Source of the DNA: a virus
Lineage: Duplodnaviria; Caudoviricetes
Direction: 5' to 3' (one strand)
Length of the DNA stretch: 64,000 bases
Virus record (IMG/VR): IMGVR_UViG_3300018405_000011
Positions 8,584-17,749 of this stretch are shown here, one piece after another. The notes beneath the pieces are model-generated. The model was not told the DNA's origin. It saw only the letters and a program-made list of their open reading frames with translations, and did not search any database. The first letter of the stretch is position 1; the number at the start of each line of letters is the position of its first letter. The translations under genes and the position numbers were made by a program.

Positions 8584-9186
8584 GTGAATAAACTAAACAA
8601 TACTCAAAAGTTCTATAAGGTGCCATTTCCAACAGACTCTATTAATGACACCTTTGTCATTAACCTAGAAGAAGAACGTGCTACTTTATCGGGCCCTAAC
8701 CCAGATGGCAGTGCTAGCTTCATTCTACAGGTTCCTAGAGAAGCACTGGCTCAAATAAAGCACATCGAAGTCTATCTCAATCGTCGTGACATTAAAAGTG
8801 AGTTAATTCACGTTGCTGATGATGGTAAAGAAGCCTATGCTCTATTTCGACAGTGGTACACTGGAGAACTTCAGCGCAGTATGGCGCCTCAGCGAAAATA
8901 CTTCAATATAGAGTATGACGGTGTACATTACAGTGACGCAGTAAGGGTCTGTAATATGGTTATTTTCGATGGCGGTAGTAAATGCGTAGAGTTAACTGAC
9001 GCACTCTTAGGCATTCCGTCGTTAATCATTGAAGATAAAAACACGCCTGCGTTTAAAACCGGGCGCGACGTGGAAAAGGACACGGAGAGCCAACGCATAG
9101 ATGCTTTAACTGCATCGGTAGGCGATAATATACCGGAATCATCAGATGAAGATAATTACTGGGTTGACAATAACCCATTGGATTAA
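8584..9186 (+). CDS. Hypothetical protein with an acidic C-terminus
   Basis: ORF track; AGGAG SD before GTG. Confidence 0.7.
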   Translation: MNKLNNTQKFYKVPFPTDSINDTFVINLEEERATLSGPNPDGSASFILQVPREALAQIKHIEVYLNRRDIKSELIHVADDGKEAYALFRQWYTGELQRSMAPQRKYFNIEYDGVHYSDAVRVCNMVIFDGGSKCVELTDALLGIPSLIIEDKNTPAFKTGRDVEKDTESQRIDALTASVGDNIPESSDEDNYWVDNNPLD

Positions 9187-9203
9187 AAAATAGGAGAGTA
9201 TCC

Positions 9204-9692
9204 ATGTTTCCTTCACCAAGACTGCTGCCGTTTCTAGATATAGATGACACAGTGATTAACGTAGAAATCGATGAATGTTGCCCGCACTGCGGGCATTCTA
9301 TATTAGAGCTAGACCCAGACGAAGTTGATCCTAAGATACACTGCGGAGGTTGTGGAAAAGATACTGGTTATGCCTTATATCTTTTACCTAAAGAACCTAA
9401 GGTTTTCTTTTATGTGACAGGGGATGTAAGATATACCCCTGTCGAAAACTCTTTTAATTATGGTCTGTTAACTAACCGTGACGGAATGGCTAAGAGTTTT
9501 TATAATGGGTTTCCTATTAAAGGCAAAGAAGACTGGAGAATTATAGACCAATCCCTGCTACTGGAACATCTGCGTAAAGGTGACCTCACTAAGGATGTTA
9601 ACCAGGCATACTTAGTTAAAAGGGAAGCTGTTAACACCGCTAGAGGTGGAAACAATAGCCCGGCGCTCGTTACAGTGGACAGTGAACTTTAA
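9204..9692 (+). CDS. Zn-ribbon protein (CPHC...CGGC)
   Basis: Two CxxC pairs; AGGAG SD. Confidence 0.7.
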   Translation: MFPSPRLLPFLDIDDTVINVEIDECCPHCGHSILELDPDEVDPKIHCGGCGKDTGYALYLLPKEPKVFFYVTGDVRYTPVENSFNYGLLTNRDGMAKSFYNGFPIKGKEDWRIIDQSLLLEHLRKGDLTKDVNQAYLVKREAVNTARGGNNSPALVTVDSEL

Positions 9693-9745
9693 ATAGGGGG
9701 GGGGGTTATGAAACTCCCTGCCTATTTGGCATATCGAGGTAACTA

Positions 9746-10180
9746 ATGAAAGCTAATAGGCTCCTCAAACTCCAAATGGAAATTGATACCATGGCCAAGG
9801 CCAGAAACTACCGACCGCTTTCCAGGAAGGACGTCGTTAAATGGTATCCTATTTATGAGAAGTATTTAAATGGTTTTCAAAACCCATTGCGTGAACTCTT
9901 TATTAGTGGAACGCGCATTGCAAGGGGATTCCAGAGAGTTGTAATCGGTGACTTCGGTGCGTATGTGGAAATCGCACCAGAAGACATGCTTATCGTACCA
10001 GAAGTGCAGCCAGGTCAAGAATGGCGGTTAGATGAAACCTATCTTAAACAGAAGGGCTTTAGCCTAAAGTACGCCTGGTACCACTTTAAAGGGTTTAAAA
10101 TTTATAAGCAGCTAGCTACGGTTAAGTATGCCGATTATAAACCTGGTTTTTATTACGTGTCCGTTCTATATTTTGATTAA
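9746..10180 (+). CDS. Hypothetical protein
   Basis: ORF track; GAGG SD. Confidence 0.7.
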   Translation: MKANRLLKLQMEIDTMAKARNYRPLSRKDVVKWYPIYEKYLNGFQNPLRELFISGTRIARGFQRVVIGDFGAYVEIAPEDMLIVPEVQPGQEWRLDETYLKQKGFSLKYAWYHFKGFKIYKQLATVKYADYKPGFYYVSVLYFD

Positions 10181-10188
10181 GGTGATTT

Positions 10189-10959
10189 ATGAAAAGTTAT
10201 TTAGATTTAGGTTTAGACTTTGGGAAAATAGATTTTCCGACACAGCCGTTTTTTGACGACGTTTGTAGGGCCGCAGACTATGCCATTAACCATAACGCGG
10301 TTATGACATGGACACGTGATGATGACTTTAACATGTTATCTCCAATAGGGGATGACGTGCTAGAAATTTTAGTACATGTGTGTGAAAGCTGGAAAGAGGT
10401 TGGTCACTTAATCCGCATACAGCTAGATAACGAAGATCAAGGGCAGCTTATAGATGACAGCGTCAGTATCTTTAATGCCTCACGACGCTGCAACTGGAAA
10501 CCGGAGAATGCTGTTAACTACGATAAAATTCCCGCGATAAAACTGACTGACCTACTTCTTCATTTTTCAACAGATGGTTACATGGTGGTCAATAAAAGTG
10601 TCGTTTTCCTAGCACCTGAGCCAGTGAGGGTTACAATGGACAGCGTACACGATTATATTAAACTGGGTGACTTACCGCTTTCGTTAGTTGTGGCTAACTG
10701 TAAACCCCTAGAATACCACGCGGACGATGTATTGGCGACGATAGAGCAACGCCGTATAGAAGGAGTAAAGATTATCTGGGGTTGTATTAATAGCGGGCAG
10801 CGCATTATTAACGCTTACGGGTCGTTCCGTCTAGCGACCGGATTTATGGTCAATGGGATTAGCAAGGACGATGTCGTTGCAATCTGTTCTGGTTACAATG
10901 ACCCAGTCCGCCCTGAACACATTACTGGAGTTCTTCCTTTCGTAGATAGTGATGTTTAA
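10189..10959 (+). CDS. Hypothetical protein
   Basis: ORF track; AAGGTG SD. Confidence 0.7.
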   Translation: MKSYLDLGLDFGKIDFPTQPFFDDVCRAADYAINHNAVMTWTRDDDFNMLSPIGDDVLEILVHVCESWKEVGHLIRIQLDNEDQGQLIDDSVSIFNASRRCNWKPENAVNYDKIPAIKLTDLLLHFSTDGYMVVNKSVVFLAPEPVRVTMDSVHDYIKLGDLPLSLVVANCKPLEYHADDVLATIEQRRIEGVKIIWGCINSGQRIINAYGSFRLATGFMVNGISKDDVVAICSGYNDPVRPEHITGVLPFVDSDV

Positions 10960-10974
10960 CAAGCGGATAAGTAC

Positions 10975-11004
10975 TTGCGTTCCTTGCGGATGTAAGGAAC
11001 GCAA
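10975..11004 (+). terminator. Stem-loop, probable terminator
   Basis: TTGCGTTCCTTGC/GTAAGGAACGCAA, 13 bp with one G-U pair, then a T-rich tract. Confidence 0.7.
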
Positions 11005-11033
11005 ACAATCTTTTTATTAGGAGCGCATGATTT

Positions 11034-12293
11034 ATGCAAGACTACATCAGTCAGTTATTTCTCTACGTTACCACCTTAACTGGCGGTAATGATTTTCTTA
11101 CTACGGCAATCATTGGCGGCATTGCCGTAGCGATGAGGAATATACCAAAACAAATTTATCGCAGTATTAAATATAAGCTTCGTTACGTGGTCATCCTAGA
11201 TGAAACCGGTAAAGGTAATGCGGCGATTACTAACCTAATGCAGCTTGCGGATGAATACAGTCTTTCTAAATCTACACGTATTTTCTCATTAGACTTCTAT
11301 AGTGTAAGGAGACGCGAGTTTACTTTAGTACCTGGATTAGGCACAACTCCATGTTACTATAATGGTCGCTTCTTTTTTATTACCAAAAAGGATTTACCAT
11401 CAGATGGCGCCGAAACCCAGAAGTATCGATATACGGTCGTCTATTACGGGCTAAGTAAGGCGCCTCTTTTTGATTTCTTAAATTCTAGAAAAGTAGAACC
11501 TAATTTAGACGAATACACAATCGATATAGGGGGTCGCGTAAAACCGACCAAGAAAACCTATCTTGATACGGTGACCTTAGCCGACCACGATAAGCAATTT
11601 TTTAAAGAACAAATTGCTAACTTTACAGCGAGGAAAGATTTTGCTGCGCTACACGGCATGGACCACAAAATGGTTATTTTGCTTCCAGGTGAACCTGGTA
11701 CGGGTAAAACTACCATGGCTAAGGTTATTGCTTCTGAACTCGGCAGGGATTTAGTAGTCATTAAAGCTGATGAGAATGGAGTGTCTGCACTTACGGCGTC
11801 AGAAGGTACATGTGCGAGAAGGGTCTTTGTTTTAGAAGATGCGCATTCTTATATGAATCTTCTAAAACCGGAATATTGTCAGAATGGGTTAGTATCTATG
11901 GGTAGTAAAGAAGTATCTCTGGATGCCTTCCTAGGTGTCCTTCAACCACTGGTACCCGCTAAAGAGTTAGTTCTTATTATAACGGCTAATGACTTGGATA
12001 AATTACACCCTGCCATTTTCAGACCGGGGAGAGTGACTGCCATACATGAACTGTCTAGGCTATCGCCGGACCTTGTTAAAGAAGACTTAACTAAGGTTTA
12101 TGGTAACGAACTTGAAAATATTAAAGTCAGTATGTCATGGAGGGGCTGCGATTTAGCGATGTTTAAAGAACTGTACTATACAAGACAGTACCAACCACAG
12201 CAGCTGATCAATTATATCGAGCACGAAATGCCTCCTTTACCTGAGGTAAGGCATAACAATCTTTCTGACCACACTTTAAAACTGGTCAGCTAA
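11034..12293 (+). CDS. BCS1-like membrane-anchored AAA ATPase
   Basis: N-terminal TM (FLTTAIIGGIAVAM), BCS1_N-like region, Walker A GEPGTGKT, Walker B FVLED, SRH TANDLDKLHPAIFRPGRV. Confidence 0.8.
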   Translation: MQDYISQLFLYVTTLTGGNDFLTTAIIGGIAVAMRNIPKQIYRSIKYKLRYVVILDETGKGNAAITNLMQLADEYSLSKSTRIFSLDFYSVRRREFTLVPGLGTTPCYYNGRFFFITKKDLPSDGAETQKYRYTVVYYGLSKAPLFDFLNSRKVEPNLDEYTIDIGGRVKPTKKTYLDTVTLADHDKQFFKEQIANFTARKDFAALHGMDHKMVILLPGEPGTGKTTMAKVIASELGRDLVVIKADENGVSALTASEGTCARRVFVLEDAHSYMNLLKPEYCQNGLVSMGSKEVSLDAFLGVLQPLVPAKELVLIITANDLDKLHPAIFRPGRVTAIHELSRLSPDLVKEDLTKVYGNELENIKVSMSWRGCDLAMFKELYYTRQYQPQQLINYIEHEMPPLPEVRHNNLSDHTLKLVS

Positions 12294-12321
12294 GGTTATA
12301 TGTTGTAGCCAAAGTAAAATA

Positions 12322-12334
12322 AAACCTATATTAC
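12322..12334 (+). promoter_or_regulatory. Putative early promoter AAACCTATATTAC
   Basis: Exact motif copy, immediately followed by a 12-bp inverted repeat. Confidence 0.8.
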
Positions 12335-12335
12335 T

Positions 12336-12366
12336 TAATGGATAGACTTAGACGGTCTATCCATTA
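12336..12366 (+). terminator. 12-bp hairpin overlapping the promoter start region
   Basis: TAATGGATAGAC-ttagacg-GTCTATCCATTA followed by a T-rich tract. Confidence 0.6.
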
Positions 12367-12398
12367 GTTTCTATTTCATTTTTTATAAGGACTTTGCC

Positions 12399-12797
12399 AT
12401 GAAAACCAAACCACTTAACCAAGGATACTTTGTTCCTTTTGGCTTTATCTTATTACTCACTGCATACTGGGGATTGATTAAACTGGTAGTCGCCATGGGG
12501 GAAGCTAACGCGGCGTACTTTGATATCAGTGAACTTAATGCATTTCTATGGTTTTTTGGAAACTTAGGTCTTGTAACGTTAATTGCGAGCATCCCTCTAT
12601 TATCCTCTAAATGGTTCTGTACAGTGTTATTTAGCGCAGTCTTTATATCCATGAGTGCATGGTCACTCCCATTTAACATGGACATTACTGGTTTTTCATT
12701 TACTCTAGTAGCTGGGTTTAGTGCTGCGGTCTCGGTTGTAGCGAGTTATACATTAGCGGTATTTCTCGTTTATAAGCGTGTTAGTGTTAAAAGGTAA
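12399..12797 (+). CDS. Multi-pass (about four TM) membrane protein
   Basis: Four hydrophobic segments; TAAGGA SD; first gene after the early promoter. Confidence 0.75.
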   Translation: MKTKPLNQGYFVPFGFILLLTAYWGLIKLVVAMGEANAAYFDISELNAFLWFFGNLGLVTLIASIPLLSSKWFCTVLFSAVFISMSAWSLPFNMDITGFSFTLVAGFSAAVSVVASYTLAVFLVYKRVSVKR

Positions 12798-13290
12798 AAT
12801 GAGGGTACCATCTATGAAAACGATTATTGTTCCGTCCGACGATACGGCTATTCCTTTTGAGCGAATTGATTATCCAGAAAGTAAAGAAGAAGCCGTGGCT
12901 CTCAATACTGCCCAGTTCATAGGGGTAATTTGTAAATCATGTAAAACCAAAGTAAATGTTTTACAGAATGGGAAGATAGTCGCGATTGCGCGCACATTAA
13001 GACACACCCGCAGCCGACGCTGCATTACCTGTCACCCTGAAGAGCGGGTAGTGCATAAACCTACCCCTAAAGTTACTGTTACCAAAGTAAATGATACTCA
13101 AATAAAGGTGTCTAGTTTAAATGAACCATTAGAGCCTACTGAGTTTAATGAGCTCGAGTCATTAGGGGAAATACAAAAGGCACGTAAAGATACAAAGGCA
13201 GTACGCAATAACCGGGCGCGCACAATCAACGAAGACCGCCGCATAGCAAAAGAACTAGGATTAACCCTAGAAGAGTACTACAGCGCCTAA
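12778..13290 (+). CDS. Zn-finger protein (CKSC...CITC); start more likely 12814
   Basis: Two CxxC pairs; GAGGG SD before MKTII. Confidence 0.7.
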   Translation: MLVLKGKMRVPSMKTIIVPSDDTAIPFERIDYPESKEEAVALNTAQFIGVICKSCKTKVNVLQNGKIVAIARTLRHTRSRRCITCHPEERVVHKPTPKVTVTKVNDTQIKVSSLNEPLEPTEFNELESLGEIQKARKDTKAVRNNRARTINEDRRIAKELGLTLEEYYSA

Positions 13291-13327
13291 CTGGCGTTTA
13301 TAATCAAACGATATATGGTGAACACAA

Positions 13328-13558
13328 ATGAAAACAATTTTAGGCTTAGTCATTCCGGTAGAACACTATCCGCGCATCTTTAATAGAAATAAGAGTGAAC
13401 TGCACTACGTTGACTTTAATATCGACTTCGTTGTACAGACCACATATAGTTCAACTAAAGGTACACGGTTTCATGCCATGTTAGAAGGGGAGCGTAAAGA
13501 AATGGAACGTATCGCTGAGATGGCTAAAACTGCGGGGTATGAAACTTATGTCCGTTAG
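13328..13558 (+). CDS. Small hypothetical protein
   Basis: ORF track; in operon. Confidence 0.6.
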   Translation: MKTILGLVIPVEHYPRIFNRNKSELHYVDFNIDFVVQTTYSSTKGTRFHAMLEGERKEMERIAEMAKTAGYETYVR

Positions 13559-13913
13559 CCCCTCACTGGAATCACTGGGACGCGCTAAAAAGCGCGTTTA
13601 TTTTTCTTATGACGTCAATGAACTGAAAACCCTTTTAGAGAATAAATGGGAAGGGGTATATAGCTTCATTACTAGTATTGAAGGTAAATCGGCGATTGAA
13701 CCTATCTTGATTAACTGTTCGCATCATGGGGAATTCACCTCGTCATTACGTAAAGTATACAATGGACCTAAATACTTATGTAAGCAGTGCCAGATTGAAC
13801 ATGCGGCTATAGGGCATCGTCGCCTTATCGAAATCAACACACCGGCGAATACTAAACCCAAATCGGCAAAACCTAGGAACTATAGTAGCTTAAAAAACTT
13901 AACGCAATACTAA
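13539..13913 (+). CDS. Protein with a DUF723-like Zn motif (homing-endonuclease-associated repeat type)
   Basis: KWEGVYSF...ILINCSHHGEF...CKQC. Confidence 0.55.
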   Translation: MKLMSVSPSLESLGRAKKRVYFSYDVNELKTLLENKWEGVYSFITSIEGKSAIEPILINCSHHGEFTSSLRKVYNGPKYLCKQCQIEHAAIGHRRLIEINTPANTKPKSAKPRNYSSLKNLTQY

Positions 13914-13922
13914 GAGAGATTT

Positions 13923-14216
13923 ATGGAAATTATTACTACGCCTTGTTTAGCAGACGATTTAGAACGCTGGCTAGAGATAGGGTTTATTAGTAAAGATGGG
14001 CGAAGTTTCATCGAGCTTACCCCTTGGGAAAAAGAACGCATACTGGACGATTTTCAAATACGTGCACTCTGTGCGATTCACTATACGACTAAAATTCTCA
14101 TTCTAGCAGAAAACAATCGTAACGAGCATTATAAGCCTTTAGCGTTGGAATCCAAACACTTAGCGGTAAAAGCAGAAAACCCCATTACAGGCACCATCGA
14201 AACTTTTAACTTTTAA
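13923..14216 (+). CDS. Hypothetical protein
   Basis: ORF track; in operon. Confidence 0.65.
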   Translation: MEIITTPCLADDLERWLEIGFISKDGRSFIELTPWEKERILDDFQIRALCAIHYTTKILILAENNRNEHYKPLALESKHLAVKAENPITGTIETFNF

Positions 14217-14233
14217 TAAACGGAGATACCACC

Positions 14234-14608
14234 ATGCCTAGAATTATGCAAACCCCAATGTCAGTAGTGGAAGAGTTAGATATTAAAAATATTGACGAAG
14301 CCGACGTACTAAACTGTATCTTTTATTTCATTACTAAAACAAACTTAGAGCAAGACAGAATTCAACTCTATCCCATCGTCCGTCATAAGAAATGGGCAGT
14401 TCAGATTGAACTAAAAGGGTTAGTCTCTAACATCGCTACGGCTCCTCGCTTTACCTGGTTACAGTCTGAAGGTGACACATTACACTTTAACTGGTTAACC
14501 GATACCCCGGCCCCTAAGGAACTAACCCTGATGGAGTTCCGCATGGATCATAAAACCATAGAGGAATACTTCTTAGCAGAGTTACCTCTATGGGAAAAGA
14601 AAATTTAA
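14234..14608 (+). CDS. Hypothetical protein
   Basis: ORF track; GGAG SD. Confidence 0.65.
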   Translation: MPRIMQTPMSVVEELDIKNIDEADVLNCIFYFITKTNLEQDRIQLYPIVRHKKWAVQIELKGLVSNIATAPRFTWLQSEGDTLHFNWLTDTPAPKELTLMEFRMDHKTIEEYFLAELPLWEKKI

Positions 14609-14627
14609 TTAAGTAAAGGAATTATAA

Positions 14628-15041
14628 ATGAAAAGTTTTAAGAAACATATCTTTAATGCTACGTATGAGTGGCTGATAGAGAACGGTAAACGCCCTTACA
14701 TCATCATTGACTTTACAAATGAGCAAGTCATTGCTCCGGCTGGTTATGACCGCGACGGTTATCTTGTACTGAATTTATCACCAAATGCAATTGGTGACTT
14801 CCTCGTCAATGACGACGGCATTTCTTTTAAAGGTGCATTTAATGGGAAACGTCAGGCCGTTTCACTACCTTGGGATGCGGTGGTGAGATTATATGCTGAT
14901 GGCACCGGCGAGGGATTAAGCGACATGGCTGCCGATGAATGGCGTAACCAAATGGACATGTGGAGTATCCAGTGCCCGCGAGATGAAAGTACTAATGTAA
15001 AGCCTACTGAAAACAAACCTAAACTGTCTATTGTTAAATAA
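14628..15041 (+). CDS. sspB: SspB-like ClpXP adaptor (stringent starvation protein B)
   Basis: ATYEWLIENGKRPYIII...LVLNLSPNAI...SFKGAFNG...VSLPWDAV..LYA..TGEG; C-terminal KPKLSIVK resembles the ClpX-binding tail LRVVK. Confidence 0.9.
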   Translation: MKSFKKHIFNATYEWLIENGKRPYIIIDFTNEQVIAPAGYDRDGYLVLNLSPNAIGDFLVNDDGISFKGAFNGKRQAVSLPWDAVVRLYADGTGEGLSDMAADEWRNQMDMWSIQCPRDESTNVKPTENKPKLSIVK

Positions 15042-15070
15042 CCGTAAAACTATCATTAAGGATAAAACTC

Positions 15071-15814
15071 ATGATTCTAGTAAACAACCTACCAGCCGAC
15101 AGCGCACTATCCATCCCACACGTACCTGCTATGGTGGCTTTAGCGCCTATGCTCAAAGAGAAAGGCATCATCTTTCTACTAAAACTTAAGTTGGGCGATG
15201 AAGAGTTCATACTTGATGGCTTTGGCGATGACTGGGAAATGGCTTTAACTTCTCCAGAAAAGCTTTATGTACGCCTACGTATGGAAACTATGGATGAACT
15301 AGTTGCCAACTCTACCGGTGACATTTCTTTGTTAGGGACTAACATACATGAAAACTTCAGTCTCCTTGTACAAATCCGCGGTCATGTTGGTAAGTCAATG
15401 TCAGAGTATTATGAGCGTACATGCTCACAGGTGATAAGCGCCTTATTAGAAGGGTTTTATGAAATAGAAGGATTAGAGCGTGTCTCTAAAGCTGTTCATC
15501 GAACCCTCTCATATCACTGTATGGCAGCTAAAGGTTTTGATAAGGGCATACTTCCTACTGTAGCGAACGAAGTAGCAAAGAGTGTTATTGAGGATGCAAG
15601 CGAATTTAAGTTAGGTCTGGCACGAAACCTCCATGGTTTCTGTCAATTTGCATTAACTAAGCGCACCATGCATACTAAAATTGTCAATACTCTCTTTCCG
15701 TGGGTAGATGGCGTATACACCGACGCTTACATTAATCCAGGAAGTTATATCTTCCATGACATTGATATCGCAAGCCTTAAAGCACTGCCGTTTCAGTACG
15801 GAACGGTAAACTGA
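15071..15814 (+). CDS. Hypothetical protein
   Basis: ORF track; TAAGGA SD. Confidence 0.7.
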   Translation: MILVNNLPADSALSIPHVPAMVALAPMLKEKGIIFLLKLKLGDEEFILDGFGDDWEMALTSPEKLYVRLRMETMDELVANSTGDISLLGTNIHENFSLLVQIRGHVGKSMSEYYERTCSQVISALLEGFYEIEGLERVSKAVHRTLSYHCMAAKGFDKGILPTVANEVAKSVIEDASEFKLGLARNLHGFCQFALTKRTMHTKIVNTLFPWVDGVYTDAYINPGSYIFHDIDIASLKALPFQYGTVN

Positions 15815-15825
15815 AGGTAACACTG

Positions 15826-15860
15826 CTATACTCCCTGGACTCAATGTCCAGGGAGTATAG
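15826..15860. terminator. Terminator between convergent genes
   Basis: 15-bp perfect stem CTATACTCCCTGGAC/GTCCAGGGAGTATAG. Confidence 0.85.
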
Positions 15861-15871
15861 ATAGCTAAGGT

Positions 15872-16483
15872 TTATTCTTTGTTAGTCGTACCTTCTAGGT
15901 CATCTACCGAGGGGAGTGTTGTTCCGCCGGTTTCTAGATTACTGACGTTCATTTCGATGACTTTGTCTTTACCATAAAGTACGGCATAGGCCAGGGACTG
16001 AGAAACTCCAGTAATGCCAGAAACGAATTCGTCTCCCATAAAGATACGGATGCCCCAACCTATATCCTCTAAGTCAACGACTTCACAGCGATAACCATCC
16101 AGAGGTAAGTAAGTGTCTCGGTCTACAAACTTAAAGAGCTTCTCTTCATGTTTGATAACATGGTCTTCTAGCACTGATGCATAATAAGCACTGATGATAT
16201 CCCAAGCTTTAAGTTGGTGCTCGTCACGTATGCGCAAACTTGAGTTTTTAACAAATACTCCAATACCCGCTATACTTAGGTGACGTAATTCTTCTGGGTC
16301 ACGGAAATGATCATCTAAGTACTCTACTGGTACCCCCCATCGCCCGTCTAAGGTTAACAATTCTTTTGCTGGAATGCGGTCAATAATGAACTCATCGTTG
16401 GCAATAGTAAAGTTAATGCCGTATAAGGCAAGGACGTTAAACTCATTAGGGGCTTCTTTGTTGATGGTTGTTAAACGTTTCAC
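15872..16483 (-). CDS. Hypothetical acidic protein
   Basis: ORF track; TAAGGA SD before GTG. Confidence 0.7.
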   Translation of the reverse strand: MKRLTTINKEAPNEFNVLALYGINFTIANDEFIIDRIPAKELLTLDGRWGVPVEYLDDHFRDPEELRHLSIAGIGVFVKNSSLRIRDEHQLKAWDIISAYYASVLEDHVIKHEEKLFKFVDRDTYLPLDGYRCEVVDLEDIGWGIRIFMGDEFVSGITGVSQSLAYAVLYGKDKVIEMNVSNLETGGTTLPSVDDLEGTTNKE

Positions 16484-16640
16484 TTTGGTAATCCTTATCG
16501 TTCTTTAATGTTGTTAATATATTTCATAATGAAATATATTAACCCTTACCCTAATACTAACGTATTAGTCGGTTATTCCTCTACCTATATGACACGAGTC
16601 TGTTTTTAATTACACCCCCTAAAATCAAAGGAGATTAATC

Positions 16641-17258
16641 ATGTTACCTAAAGCCTTATCTTACGAGATGTTAGAACTGTTTCTCGATTATCGTAATCTC
16701 AGTATATTTCAGTCTAAAGGACTGATTCCCGTTACTCCTAGTAACCTAGGAGATGTTAACGTACGATTAAGCCGTAATCGTTATATGGCAAAGCACCATG
16801 GTATTACATTAGACCTAGAGACCAATAGCTTTAAGACGTTGTTTGGTATTGAGATAGGATATGTTGACATCATGCATCAGTTCGTTATTACTAAAGATAA
16901 TGAGCATTACTATTTCGATGCAGAAACCGGTAAACTAATATCCTTTACTAAAGCAGGGACTATACATGTCGTTACTCGTCATAATAAGAGTCATACTTAC
17001 GTACGGTTTATGGGTACCTGTACTCACAGCTTTGATGCAAAGGGACGTCTTGTTACTATGACGGAAGATGCGCCCCGTACTATTGTCATTGACTACATTA
17101 ACGATAGCTTTGACATTAAAGAAGAACATCATACGACTACCGAAGGTATAGTGTCATATGCGTGGTCTGCCATTCGGCCATCGTCAGTAGTGGCATGGAA
17201 GAAAGATACCGATGGTACGGTAACGGCTGCTAACCTTTTGCTAGAAGGGAAGTTCTAA
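16641..17258 (+). CDS. YD-like beta-hairpin repeat family protein (paralog A)
   Basis: YFDAETGKLIS, SFDAKGRLVT; N-terminal FQSKGLIPVT motif. Confidence 0.6.
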   Translation: MLPKALSYEMLELFLDYRNLSIFQSKGLIPVTPSNLGDVNVRLSRNRYMAKHHGITLDLETNSFKTLFGIEIGYVDIMHQFVITKDNEHYYFDAETGKLISFTKAGTIHVVTRHNKSHTYVRFMGTCTHSFDAKGRLVTMTEDAPRTIVIDYINDSFDIKEEHHTTTEGIVSYAWSAIRPSSVVAWKKDTDGTVTAANLLLEGKF

Positions 17259-17308
17259 ATTCTATAGTACACTGACATTACACTCCATGTATTCAATAAG
17301 GAAAAAAC

Positions 17309-17749
17309 ATGAGCTTATATTGTAAACTGTTTACTGGAGCAACGTCCAGTAAAATCATAGCAGGGCCATTAGGCTACGATGAATCGGCTTTATGGGAAAC
17401 ACTAGAAGGCCCAGGGCCTTATGTGGTCTTCTATAAGCCAGGTAAAAGCATTACCATTAACTCGGTAGATTTTATTAAAGAACCTGTCGTCATCTACCCA
17501 GTGTTTGATTTGCCTGCAGATGCTAAAGACATTCCTAATCTACGTGCAGACGTAGAGACTATTCATTTAGCTCTAGTTCAAGACACAGGCGGTTCAAACT
17601 ATATCTACTCGGCTACGCATTTTGAAGAGCGTTTAAAATCGTATGGCGGTGCTTTAGCGGCGCATAAGTTAGACCGCGTTAAACATCTGCTGGATTATGT
17701 GAAAAACCAAGAGTATTGGCCAGAGCCTGCTCCAGCTCCAGAAGTGTAA
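17309..17749 (+). CDS. Hypothetical protein
   Basis: ORF track; TAAGGA SD; terminator follows. Confidence 0.7.
   Translation: MSLYCKLFTGATSSKIIAGPLGYDESALWETLEGPGPYVVFYKPGKSITINSVDFIKEPVVIYPVFDLPADAKDIPNLRADVETIHLALVQDTGGSNYIYSATHFEERLKSYGGALAAHKLDRVKHLLDYVKNQEYWPEPAPAPEV

Noticed and set aside
13539-13913. Homing endonuclease or mobile element
   Set aside because: Only the Zn repeat is present; no HNH, GIY-YIG or LAGLIDADG motif.
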